DNA from: Pedosphaera sp.
GTDB lineage: Bacteria; Verrucomicrobiota; Verrucomicrobiia; Limisphaerales; SXQI01
Direction of reading: 5' to 3'
Assembly (NCBI GenBank): GCA_025359965.1
Contig: JANYDC010000015.1
Span: 8,885-72,884 of the forward strand
Length of the DNA stretch: 64,000 nucleotides
The notes below the pieces were generated by a model. That model ran no database searches. It saw nothing but the letters and a program-made list of their open reading frames with translations, and was not told the origin of the DNA. Made by a program: the position numbers and the translations under genes. Position 1 is the stretch's first letter. Each line of letters opens with the position of its first letter. Shown here piece by piece: positions 45,663 to 55,700 of the stretch.

Positions 45663-46481
45663 ATGCAAACCCCTCTTAACTATCATGCGCGCAAAGCCTT
45701 CACCATGGTTGAAGTGCTTCTTGCGGTGGGCATATTCAGCATGGTGATGGTTTCCATTTATTCGACTTGGTCAGCTGTCCTTCGAGCCTCGCGAGTGGGG
45801 CTTCAAAAAGCGGATGAGGTCCAGCGTTCGCGAATTCTCCTGCGCTCTTTGGAGGAATCACTTTCTTCGGCCATGCTCTACGTGGAGAATGCCAAGTATT
45901 ACGCCTTTTTTGCCGAGAATTCCAAGAAAGGTGCCTTTCTCAGCTTCGTGGCGCGTTTGCCGGAGTCTTTCCCTGGCAGCGGAGTTTTTGAGGGTCAGCC
46001 TGTCCGCCGTGTGACGTTTAGCGGGCAGAACGGCTCACTGGTGATGCAGCAAAGCCTTTTGCTGGAGGATGCCAAAGGTAAGGGGGATCCCTACACCATC
46101 ATACTTGCCCCTTCCTATCACACCTTTGACATGGAGTTTTTTGATACGCAAAAGGGTGAATGGGTGGCCGATTGGTATTACACGAATCAATTGCCGCGGA
46201 TGGTCCGTGTGGCTCTGGGGTTTGGCGAGAAAAACGCCGCGAAAAAAACTGAACTGACCATCCGAACCATTAGGATCGAAGGCACGCCCATCACTCGGGT
46301 TGGCGCTGGCGCCTTGCGCGGAGGACAATTTCGCGGCGGCCCCCAGGGCGGCCCTGGCTCCGAAGGCGTGGTTGGAGTCGGTGCTCCCACTGGTGATGAC
46401 CTTTGGCTCCCGCCGCACCTTCCCGGATCATTCGGAGGGAATGTGGGAAACCCCAGCAGCCGAAGCGGCAATTTTCCCTGA
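45663..46481 (+). CDS. Minor pseudopilin, GspJ-like, with a Gly-rich C-terminal tail
   Basis: N-terminus RKAFTMVEVLLAVGIFSMVMVSIYSTW. PulJ-like size and position. The last 60 aa or so are G/P-rich low complexity. Confidence 0.62.
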   Translation: MQTPLNYHARKAFTMVEVLLAVGIFSMVMVSIYSTWSAVLRASRVGLQKADEVQRSRILLRSLEESLSSAMLYVENAKYYAFFAENSKKGAFLSFVARLPESFPGSGVFEGQPVRRVTFSGQNGSLVMQQSLLLEDAKGKGDPYTIILAPSYHTFDMEFFDTQKGEWVADWYYTNQLPRMVRVALGFGEKNAAKKTELTIRTIRIEGTPITRVGAGALRGGQFRGGPQGGPGSEGVVGVGAPTGDDLWLPPHLPGSFGGNVGNPSSRSGNFP

Positions 46482-47605
46482 TGAAAACCGCGCGTTCAAC
46501 CCGTCCAGCCGAAAGAGGCATTGCACTGGTCATAGTGCTCATGGTCATTGTGGTTCTCACTGCCATTGCCGGGGGATTTGCGTATACGATGAAGATCGAG
46601 ACCAAACTTGCCCGCAACAGCTCGTTTGAGACGGACATGGAATTTCTTGGTCGCTCGGGAGTTGAGCTGGGGCGTTACGTTTTAGGCCAGCAACTGTCGA
46701 TTCCTGGAGAGGGGGGGCATACCTCGCTGGACCAGAAGTGGGCAGGGGGATGGGGCGGCACGAATGAGCTTCTGGCAGATATCCAACTCGAAAATGTCCA
46801 GATGGGGCAGGGCAAATTCACGGTTAAGATCGTGGACATGGAGCGCAAGTTTAACCTCTCCCAGATCCGGGAAAATAATAGCGCCATCCTTGAAAAGGGC
46901 CTGACCATGATAGGCGTGGATCAATCTGATCTTCCGACTATTGTTGATTCGTTTCTTGATTGGACAAATCCCGGTGAAAAGGCCCGCCCTCACGGTGCTA
47001 AGAGTCAATTTTATAGGAAACACAGCTCAGGAACCCCCTATTTTTGCAAGAACGGGCCGATTGATGATCTCAGCGAGTTGCTGCTGATTCGGGGGATCAC
47101 TCCTGACATGTTCTATGGCTCGGGCCGGACAGGCCGGCCGGTGGCATCGTCCCCAAAAGACCGGATTCGCCGCCCTCGTTCCGCATTTCTTGAAGGCAAC
47201 CCGGAAAATGAGATTAAAGAAGTTGGATTGATCGACTTGTTCACACCCATTTCCGGGAGTGGCATCGCAGTAAACGTCAACACTGCTTCATCTGCGGTAT
47301 TACAAATGCTGCCCGGGGTTGATCCGGCTTTGGCCGATGCCATTGTGGCCGCCCGCGATGGATCCGATCGAACACCTGGAACTGAGGATGATGTTCCATT
47401 TCATAACACCGGCGAGCTCCGTGCCGGCGTGCCGGGTATCGACCCGCAAGTTATGGGTGCCATTCAAGGTCTGCTTTCCGTCCAAAGTTTTGTCTTTGAG
47501 ATCACCGTCACGGCCGAAATCGGAAATTATCGTCGGGTATTTGTGGCCCTGGTCCACCGCCGCAACCGCTCTGATGTTCCCATCCTGAATTTCCACTGGA
47601 ATTGA
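46481..47605 (+). CDS. Pseudopilus tip protein, GspK-like
   Basis: N-terminus ERGIALVIVLMVIVVLTAIAGGFAY (no Phe/Glu pilin motif, as in GspK). Helix-hairpin-helix block VNVNTASSAVLQMLPGVDPALADAIVAARDG. The ATG at 46481 overlaps the preceding stop by 1 nt (TGATG). Confidence 0.75.
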   Translation: MKTARSTRPAERGIALVIVLMVIVVLTAIAGGFAYTMKIETKLARNSSFETDMEFLGRSGVELGRYVLGQQLSIPGEGGHTSLDQKWAGGWGGTNELLADIQLENVQMGQGKFTVKIVDMERKFNLSQIRENNSAILEKGLTMIGVDQSDLPTIVDSFLDWTNPGEKARPHGAKSQFYRKHSSGTPYFCKNGPIDDLSELLLIRGITPDMFYGSGRTGRPVASSPKDRIRRPRSAFLEGNPENEIKEVGLIDLFTPISGSGIAVNVNTASSAVLQMLPGVDPALADAIVAARDGSDRTPGTEDDVPFHNTGELRAGVPGIDPQVMGAIQGLLSVQSFVFEITVTAEIGNYRRVFVALVHRRNRSDVPILNFHWN

Positions 47606-47619
47606 GCCAACCCTGGACA

Positions 47620-48510
47620 CTATTTTTTTGGTCCCGGCATAATGATTAGCGAGCCAAAGTTGTTGAGGTGAGTTCGCGTCTGCGGTCCGCCTGACCACCA
47701 GTCCTCATGGTGGAATGAGCCGAAATTGCCCTTCCCCGTCGCTTTTTCATCCAGATCACCCAGCGCAAGGTTCAATCCCATCCGAGTCTCCCCGAGTTGC
47801 GGGTTCCAGAATACGCCGGGCTTCACTTCGAGGCATGGATTTGGTCGTATCATCCACTCGATCACATAACCTTTTTTTGGTCCGACCGAACGCTTTGCAA
47901 CTGCTTTCATCGCGCCGGTTACAATCCAGTTTTGATAAGTCTCCCACGCCTGGATGCTCGACCGCGGCTCGCCTTCCAGCAAACCGCCAACTCCGACTCC
48001 ACCCAGACGGGATTTCGTTAAATTACACACCATCTGCCAGCTTGATCCATTGCCTGAGCACTCGAATCCGTCTGGCTCTTTGCCGGTCGGTCTGGCGTTG
48101 ATTAGAATCTCTATCTCATCGCCAAACCAAGGGAATCCTTCCCTGGTGAGGTCATGTGCTTTGGCGTTTTCGTCGGGCAGCCAGCGCGGCGTATCGATTC
48201 CATACAGCACGTCATCGAAGACTTGGAATGCGAAGTACAGATTCTGCCCGTCGTGTTTCACCCAACCTTGAAGGGAAAGATCTGTGTCATCAGTCGTCGG
48301 CGAAAAGGTGTGAATCCATCCGCGTCCTCCTGAGAAGGATTCGGCATCAGCCCATTCGCCAGGAGAGATCACACCGTCCAGTTCCGGGGTGGTTCCGCGC
48401 CACGCCCGCATCACCGGGTGTCCCGTCGCTTCGAAGGTGCTGGGTGCCGCCGCGAGGCGACTGCCGCCGACTGTCCCAATGAGCAGCAACAGCATGGATA
48501 ATTGCTTCAT
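47620..48510 (-). CDS. Secreted protein with a CBM9/DOMON-like carbohydrate-binding fold
   Basis: Signal peptide MKQLSMLLLLIGTVGGSRLAAA. The block ELDGVISPGEWADAESF...GWVKHDGQNLYFAFQVFDDVLYG resembles the CBM family 9 signature. Confidence 0.55.
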   Translation of the reverse strand: MKQLSMLLLLIGTVGGSRLAAAPSTFEATGHPVMRAWRGTTPELDGVISPGEWADAESFSGGRGWIHTFSPTTDDTDLSLQGWVKHDGQNLYFAFQVFDDVLYGIDTPRWLPDENAKAHDLTREGFPWFGDEIEILINARPTGKEPDGFECSGNGSSWQMVCNLTKSRLGGVGVGGLLEGEPRSSIQAWETYQNWIVTGAMKAVAKRSVGPKKGYVIEWMIRPNPCLEVKPGVFWNPQLGETRMGLNLALGDLDEKATGKGNFGSFHHEDWWSGGPQTRTHLNNFGSLIIMPGPKK

Positions 48511-48644
48511 GCGGTTTATCCTAAGTATTGTTTTGGAAAGTGGAAACCCTCACCCTGCAAAGTTCCCGCAATTAACTGGGAAATGTGGGGCGATATTCTT
48601 TCGTCGCGGAGAGCGGCCAAAGTGCTACATTCTTCAGCAGCTGC

Positions 48645-50690
48645 ATGCAGTTTCTTGCTCCATGGTTTTTGCTCGGCGGGCTGGCGGTGGCTGTCCCGTT
48701 GGTTCTGCATTTGATCCGGCACCAGCAGCGCGACCGGATTCCTTTTGGCAGCCTGATGTTTCTGAAGGCTTCCCCCCCCCCGGTTCAGCGGAAAAAACGC
48801 CTTGAAAACTGGCCGCTTCTGCTTCTGCGCTGCCTTATTTTGCTTCTGTTGGCCTTGGCTTTTGCGCGCCCGTATTTCGCCGATCCTCCCACCTCATCCA
48901 CATCGGGCGGGATGGGGCGCCGGGTGCTTTTTCTCGTTGATATCAGCGCCAGCATGCGACGCGGCAATCTGTTGGATCAGGCCAAATCTCGAGTTAGGGA
49001 AGCCATGCAAAAAATGTCCGCTGCGGATAGTGCCGCGCTTGCAGTGTTCGACGGCAATTTTCGCATCGTCCAATCTTGGACTGGTGATGCCGTGCTTTTG
49101 CAGGCCTCTTTGGCGGCTGTTGAGCCCACCTTCGAAGCGACGCATCTTGGTGACGCCATGATTCGGGCGTCTGAATTTGCCACCACAGGGGATGCCACCA
49201 ACAATCCAGCCGAAACCACCATTCAGGTTTTTAGCGATTTTCAACAAGGCTCCCGGCTCGATGGTTTACAAGGTTATGCGTGGCCGCGACAGGTGCGTTT
49301 TCAGTTGCAGTCCATTTCCGACCAGGCAATGGACAACGCGCATTGGACGTTGCAACCGCCCTCGGAAAATAGCACCAATCGCCTGCCCACGCTTCGTCTT
49401 GTCAATGAATCTGGAGGTGGCATTACCTCGTTTCAAATCCGATGGGAAAAGGCGGGCCTTTCAGTGGGCCAACAATTTGGGGTCAGTGTTCCCGCCGGGC
49501 AGGCGAAGGCAGTTTCCATTCCGCCCGAAACCGGGGCCGATAGCGCCATCTTGTCTGGCGAATCAGTTGTTTTCGATAATACAACCTTCATTGCCCCGAT
49601 GCGAGCTCGAGTGGCCAACGTGGCGTTCTTTGGAGCTCGAAATGTAACTGATCCATCCGGGCTGTACTATTTTCTCGACCGCGCCCTGGTTCCAACTCCT
49701 CGCTTGGAAGTTCGTTTGCGCTCGGGTACCGAACTGGCTCCTAGCGACAAAGTGCAGTGGATGGTCGTTTCTTCAGGTTTGAGTGCCGAGCAGGCCAAAG
49801 AAGTCCATCAACGAGTTCGTGAAGGTGTTCATCTATTATGGCTGGCTGCTGAAGCTGTCGACCTCAAAGGGTTGGACGGTGTGCTCGATGCGGCTCCCAA
49901 TCCTGATCCCGCTGCCAGAACCACCGAGGAGGCATTGGTGGGCCAGGTGGATTATGATCATCCATTCTTCGCTATGTTTCGTGATTCACGTTTCAATGAT
50001 TTTACCAAGATTCGTTTCTGGAAGCATCTTCGATTGACCTTGCCCGAGTCAGGCGGTCCACGAGTTCTCATGCGCTTCGACGATGGCAGTCCCGCGCTCG
50101 TTGAATGGCATGTTGGCAGGGGGCAGGTGAATTTGCTGGCTTCAGATTGGATGCCTGCCCACAGCCAATTGGCACTCTCGTCCAAATTCGTTCCCATGCT
50201 TTTTGCCATGGTTGAGACCGCCTTGGATTCTGATCCTGATCAGTCCTTGTTACCCAGCCAGGCGTTTGTGGGAGATGTTTTGTCTGTTCCTAAGGGTTCG
50301 GACAGAGTTTCGGGGCCCGCAGGCCAAAGCAAACTCTTGGGCGTGGACCGTCGATTCCAACCCTCGATACCGGGTGTTTATCAATTCAGTGGATTATCGA
50401 ACGGAATTTTGGGGGAATGCGCCGTGAACATTGATCCTGCCGAAAGCCGACTTGCGCCGCTGGCGACCAATACTTGGTCCAGCCTGAGGATTCCCACCGT
50501 GGAGGCTGGAGGAAATATTGCCCAAGCTGAGCAGCATCGCCTGCAGCGCGAGTCTGCGGTGGCGCAGGAACGGAGACAGCACTGGTGGCAGTTATTATTG
50601 TTCGTTGTCCTCCTTTTGGGCCTGACTGAATCGTTCTGGGCAGCCTGGGTTGGTTCAAGGACTCAAGAAAAACCCGTGGTTACAATTTGA
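48645..50690 (+). CDS. BatA-N (N-terminal double-TM) plus vWA domain protein with a C-terminal TM anchor
   Basis: MQFLAPWFLLGGLAVAVPLVLHLIRHQQRDRIPFGSLMFL...WPLLLLRCLILLLLALAFARP is the aerotolerance-regulator N-terminal double-TM motif. vWA MIDAS context VLFLVDISASM. Final helix WWQLLLFVVLLLGLTESFW. Confidence 0.8.
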   Translation: MQFLAPWFLLGGLAVAVPLVLHLIRHQQRDRIPFGSLMFLKASPPPVQRKKRLENWPLLLLRCLILLLLALAFARPYFADPPTSSTSGGMGRRVLFLVDISASMRRGNLLDQAKSRVREAMQKMSAADSAALAVFDGNFRIVQSWTGDAVLLQASLAAVEPTFEATHLGDAMIRASEFATTGDATNNPAETTIQVFSDFQQGSRLDGLQGYAWPRQVRFQLQSISDQAMDNAHWTLQPPSENSTNRLPTLRLVNESGGGITSFQIRWEKAGLSVGQQFGVSVPAGQAKAVSIPPETGADSAILSGESVVFDNTTFIAPMRARVANVAFFGARNVTDPSGLYYFLDRALVPTPRLEVRLRSGTELAPSDKVQWMVVSSGLSAEQAKEVHQRVREGVHLLWLAAEAVDLKGLDGVLDAAPNPDPAARTTEEALVGQVDYDHPFFAMFRDSRFNDFTKIRFWKHLRLTLPESGGPRVLMRFDDGSPALVEWHVGRGQVNLLASDWMPAHSQLALSSKFVPMLFAMVETALDSDPDQSLLPSQAFVGDVLSVPKGSDRVSGPAGQSKLLGVDRRFQPSIPGVYQFSGLSNGILGECAVNIDPAESRLAPLATNTWSSLRIPTVEAGGNIAQAEQHRLQRESAVAQERRQHWWQLLLFVVLLLGLTESFWAAWVGSRTQEKPVVTI

Positions 50691-51040
50691 CGAACTCCGA
50701 TGTATTGGCAAACTCAGTGGAACAATTGCAAGTGACCAACCCATATAATGCCCCTGCGGGCGAGGAACTGGACCGGCTGATACACGAGAAACTCCTTTTG
50801 GGAGCACTCAACGGTCCTTGCCCGGCTTATTCGACAAATGAGTCCGCTGCCTTGGTAATTTTATCCAAGCTCAAGAAGATGTTCCACACTCCCTTGGTCA
50901 CGGGAAAAACCCATGCCCGTCCTGTCCGTTACTTTGCCCGTTGGGATAGTGGACCGAGCACCAGCACGGAAGTTCTCGCTCAAACGCTTCCTCTTGCTAT
51001 TTGTCGTCTGGCTCTGATCATTGCTGAAAAGCGTCATTAG
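50687..51040 (+). CDS. Hypothetical small protein (start codon uncertain)
   Basis: ORF overlapping the upstream stop. There is no ATG until far downstream, only TTG/GTG candidates. CPAYSTNESAALVILSKLKK vaguely recalls phage ABA-sandwich-domain proteins; this is unverified. Confidence 0.4.
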   Translation: MTNSDVLANSVEQLQVTNPYNAPAGEELDRLIHEKLLLGALNGPCPAYSTNESAALVILSKLKKMFHTPLVTGKTHARPVRYFARWDSGPSTSTEVLAQTLPLAICRLALIIAEKRH

Positions 51041-51108
51041 TTGGTTTTGCTTTTTGGTTTCTCGTCCTGTAGGTATTATCATGTCTCAAGGCCGCCCGCC
51101 TAAATGAC

Positions 51109-52692
51109 ATGCCCAACCCTGTTCTCAGGTCTCCATGCTCCACCCTAGGACTTATTCTTGGCGACCAATTGGATGCCGAAAGCCCGCTGCTTGGCCACCT
51201 CAATCCTGCGAGTGATGTGTTATGGATGGCCGAGGTCAGGGAGGAATCTACCCATGTGTGGTCGCATCTCGCGCGGATCACTCTATTTCTCTCAGCCATG
51301 CGCCATTTTAGAGGCCATCTCTGCGGGCTGGGATGGAAGGTTGAGTACCAGCAGGTGGATGACGCGCACGCGGCCTCTACCTTTGCGGAAGCATTGCAGA
51401 AGACGGTGGCTACGCTAAAACCACATCGTTTGGCTGTGGTTCGTCCGGGGGATTGGCGGGTTTTGGCAAGTCTTCAAGCCGCAGCCAAAAGGTTAGGTCT
51501 GCCTATTTTGGTAATTGAAGACACTCATTTCCTATCCACTCCCGCCGATTTTGCCACTCACGCTCAAGGGCGCAAGCAGTTGCGAATGGAGTTTTTTTAC
51601 CGCGAAATGCGGCGCAAGCACGACATCCTGATGGAGCCCGATGGCCAGCCCACCGGAGGTTCTTGGAACTTCGACGCCGAAAACCGCGAGAATTTTGGAA
51701 AAACAGGACCCGGAACCACCCCTTCGCCTGCAAGGTTTCCGCCCAATGCCGTCACATCTCAAGTAATGGATAGTGTCGCAAAACTATTCAAAAACCACCC
51801 CGGCAGCCTGGAGTGTTTTGATTGGCCAGTCACTTCTGAGCAGGCCAAGCATGCATTGGAGGACTTTATCCGGCACCGGTTGCCGGCTTTTGGCAAATAC
51901 CAGGATGGAATGTGGCAGAATGAACCGTTTTTATATCATTCGCGCCTCTCCGCTGCGATCAACCTTAAACTGCTGCATCCGATGGTGGTCATTCAAGCAG
52001 CCGAAAACGCCTATCGCAACAATCAGGCGCCACTCGCTTCGGTCGAAGGTTTTATCCGCCAAATTCTGGGCTGGCGCGAGTACGTGCGTGGAGTTTATTG
52101 GACGCAGATGCCGCAGTATGCCGAACGAAACGCCCTCGGCGCGAGCGAGCCGCTGCCTCCCTTTTATTGGTCTGGCCAAACGGAAATGGCCTGCCTCAGG
52201 GACGCCATCGGCCAGACCTTAAAATACGGTTACGCACACCACATCCAAAGGCTGATGGTGACGGGGCTTTATGCGCTTATGCTTGGTGTCAGGCCCCAGT
52301 CCGTTCACGAATGGTATCTGGCGGTCTATGTGGATGCGGTGGAATGGGTTGAATTGCCCAATACTCTTGGGATGTCACAATATGGCGACGGCGGTGTTAT
52401 GGGTTCCAAACCTTACGTGGCCACGGGGGCATACATCAACCGGATGAGTAATTATTGCCAAGGCTGCCGCTTCGACCCCACCTCCAGTGAAGGCGAACGG
52501 GCCTGCCCGTTTACGGTGTTGTACTGGGATTTTTTATTGAATCATCAGGCAGTGCTCTCGTCCAATCCCCGCATGACCATGCAGCTCCGAAATCTAGCCC
52601 GGTTAAGCCCCTCCAAAAGGCAGAACATCCGGGCTTTAGCCGCTAATATTCGTCTTAAGCATCGTGGGGAATTTCTGACTGCCTCAGTATGA
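51109..52692 (+). CDS. Cryptochrome/photolyase family protein, FeS-BCP (PhrB/CryB, COG3046) type
   Basis: Sequence typical of the deoxyribodipyrimidine photolyase-related family (LILGDQL N-terminus, ...GWREYVRGVYW..., ...HHIQRLMVTG...). Cys cluster NYCQGCRFDP...ERACPFTVLYWDFL, characteristic of the 4Fe-4S-containing clade. Confidence 0.88.
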   Translation: MPNPVLRSPCSTLGLILGDQLDAESPLLGHLNPASDVLWMAEVREESTHVWSHLARITLFLSAMRHFRGHLCGLGWKVEYQQVDDAHAASTFAEALQKTVATLKPHRLAVVRPGDWRVLASLQAAAKRLGLPILVIEDTHFLSTPADFATHAQGRKQLRMEFFYREMRRKHDILMEPDGQPTGGSWNFDAENRENFGKTGPGTTPSPARFPPNAVTSQVMDSVAKLFKNHPGSLECFDWPVTSEQAKHALEDFIRHRLPAFGKYQDGMWQNEPFLYHSRLSAAINLKLLHPMVVIQAAENAYRNNQAPLASVEGFIRQILGWREYVRGVYWTQMPQYAERNALGASEPLPPFYWSGQTEMACLRDAIGQTLKYGYAHHIQRLMVTGLYALMLGVRPQSVHEWYLAVYVDAVEWVELPNTLGMSQYGDGGVMGSKPYVATGAYINRMSNYCQGCRFDPTSSEGERACPFTVLYWDFLLNHQAVLSSNPRMTMQLRNLARLSPSKRQNIRALAANIRLKHRGEFLTASV

Positions 52693-52779
52693 ACCTACTC
52701 AAAAAGCACTTCGTCAGGCAAAAAAATCTTTTGCACCTCGATTGGCCGTGATATTTTGCCACCACACGTGAAGCCCCTT

Positions 52780-55700
52780 ATGAAATCCTACCTTGTTTTC
52801 CTCCTTTCGTGCCTGTTTTTGTTGCCCGTTGTACGGGGTGACGACTCCAAGCCTTTGCGCATCTTCATCAGGGCTGGGGAGAAGACACACGGCCCTGGCC
52901 AGCATGACGGCCCTACCTTTCTCAAAGACTGGACCAAGCTGTTGACTGAACGCGGTGCCAAAGTGGCTGGCAAGATCGGTTTCCCCACCGGCGCCGAGCT
53001 TGAGGCCACCGATGTAATGGTGATGTACGCTGCCGAAGCTGGCACCATTGCCGCCGGAGACCGCACCAATCTTGATGCATTCCTCAAACGGGGCGGCGGT
53101 CTTGTGGTTATCCATGACAGCGTTTGCGGCAATGACGCCCAATGGTGGAAGACCGTGATTGGCGGCGCATGGGAACATGGCCACTCCAAGTGGTACGAGG
53201 GGGATGTGTCGATGTATTTCACCGATTACAAGCACGAGCTCACTGAAGGAGTTTCAAATTGGGATTTTGACGACGAGATTTATTACGACCTGCACATGAT
53301 GCCGGAGGCTAAGGTTCTGGCCTCAAGTTATGCGCCGGACAAACGCAACACCAAGGAAGGCCGAATTCTTCCCAGTGTCTACGACGTTGTTCCTCAGATG
53401 TGGGTTTACGAAAAAGATGCCTACCGCGCTTTTGTTTCCATTCCCGGACATAACACCAAGTCTTTCGCCCTCCCGCATTTCCGTGGCTTACTACTTCGCG
53501 GCATCGCCTGGTCGGGCCATCGCCCGATGGATTCTCTTTGCAGCAAGGAAGAATTGAACAGCTTTAGGTATCCCGAAGGCGGTCCTTCGCGACCCGAGGC
53601 AGCTTTAGCTCAGATCAAAACCTGGCCTGACTTTGAAACCTCACTCGTGGCTGCTGAGCCTTTGGTTCAGAAGCCCATCTCTGTTGATTGGGATGCAGAC
53701 GGTCGTCTTTGGGTGGCGGAAACAGTCGAGTATCCCGCCAAAAAAGATCCCAACGCCCCAGGCCGTGACCGCATTTCCATTTTGGAGGATAGTAATGGTG
53801 ACGGTGTGATGGACAAAAAAACGGTTTGGTACGAAGGCCTGAGTCTGGTCACCAGTTTTGTGTTTTACAAGGATGGCGTAATTGTTTCCCAAGCCCCCGA
53901 CGTTCTTTGGATTCGTGACACCAACGGAGATGGAAAGGCTGACAAGGTGGAAAAAGTTTACACCGGCTTCGGCGTTTTTGACACGCATGCGGTCATTAAC
54001 AATCTGCGTTGGGGTCTCGATGGTTGGATTTACGCCACGGTGGGTTATTCCCGAGGGGATGTCAGCTCAGGGGATGGCAGTAAGCACTTCGGTAAGATTA
54101 GTGATGGTGTCATCCGATTTAAGGCGGATGGTTCGGCCATAGAACAGTTTTCCTCCAAAGGCAGCAATACGTGGGGTGTGGATGTTGCCCCTGATGGCGA
54201 GGTTTTCTTCTCCCAGGCCAACGGCAATCACATCAACCATGTCGTGGTTCCCGAGAATATTTTGGCCAAGGGCAAGCTGCCCAATACCGTCAGCTACAAG
54301 ACCATTGAAGACCACAATAAAGCCTTTCCCATCCGCGATTACAAACAGCAGGCTTACGTTCAAATCGATTGGGTCGGCAACTGGACTGCAGCGGCGGGCG
54401 CCTGCATTTACAACGGCGGCGCGTGGCCGGCCAAGTATGACTATACGTATACTGTGACCGAGCCGACGCTGAACATTGTTCACTTGGACGTCATCAAACC
54501 GGCAGGCCCAACCTATGTCGCGTCCCGCATGGAGGGTTTCCCTGAATCAGAATTCGTTGCCAGCACCGATCTCTGGTTCCGCCCCATCCACACTCGCATC
54601 GGTCCCGACGGCGGCTTCTACATCCTCGATTTTTACAATCAAGCCGCTGTGCACAACGACACGCGTGGTCCCAAACACGGACCCAACAACGCCGCCGTTC
54701 GACCTGATCGCGATCACTACTTTGGACGCATTTGGAAGGTCCAGCATAAGCAGGCTGTGAAGCTGCAAGTGCCGCGCCTGTCCAAAACCACCACGGAACA
54801 GTTGGTAGCCTCTTTGAAGCATCCCAGCGGCGTGGTTCGTTTCAACGCCCAGCGCCTTTTGATCGAAAGAGGTAATACTGATGTCATCCCTCAGGTCAAA
54901 GCTGTGGCAACGGCCACTGACAGCGGCGTCTACCCTCGGCTCAATGCCGCTTGGACCGCCGATGCCTTGGGCAAGGAGCACGATGCCGAGATGTTGGCTG
55001 CACTCTTTAAATCAGACGCTCCGGCACTTCGGCGCACCGCCATGCAGATTCTGCGCAACACCCCGCTCCCTCCCGAAATGACAGCCGAACAATTGCAGGT
55101 CTGGGGCCCGCTGCTTATGGACATGGGGGGAGCCCTCAGCACCGCTGACGACCGTACTCGACTCGAAATTCTTATGGCTTACGCCGCCAGCGATACCAAA
55201 TGGTTTGAAACCGAGGAAAGCGCGCCTGTGCGCAAATTCCTTCTCGAAGCGTACAGCGGCTTGAAGGACGGCTGGTCCCAATCAGCCATGCTGGCCTATT
55301 ATAAGAAGGCATCCCAGCAATACATCACCAGTGCGATCGAGTTGGGCAGCCCTGATCTCACCGTGCCAGTTACAGAGCTGACCAAAGGAATCGCCGGTAG
55401 TGACAACGCCGCTGACGCAGCTGCCTTGGTGATCAGTGTAGCCAAGCAATCGGGACCAAATGACGCGCTCAAGGCAGTTGTGCTTAGCACTCTCAGCACC
55501 TCGCTGAAACCCAGTCTGATTCCCTCATGGTCCGAGGACCTGCAAAAAGCGCTGACTTCGCTGCTTGCTTCCCCAAGCCCCTCACTTCCTGGCTCAGTAT
55601 TGCCGTTGATAGCTCGTTGGGATACTGAAGGCCGCCTCAAATCCGCCACAGCTTCGCAGGTCAAGCAACTCATCGCTCGTCTGGCGGATACTACTCTGGC

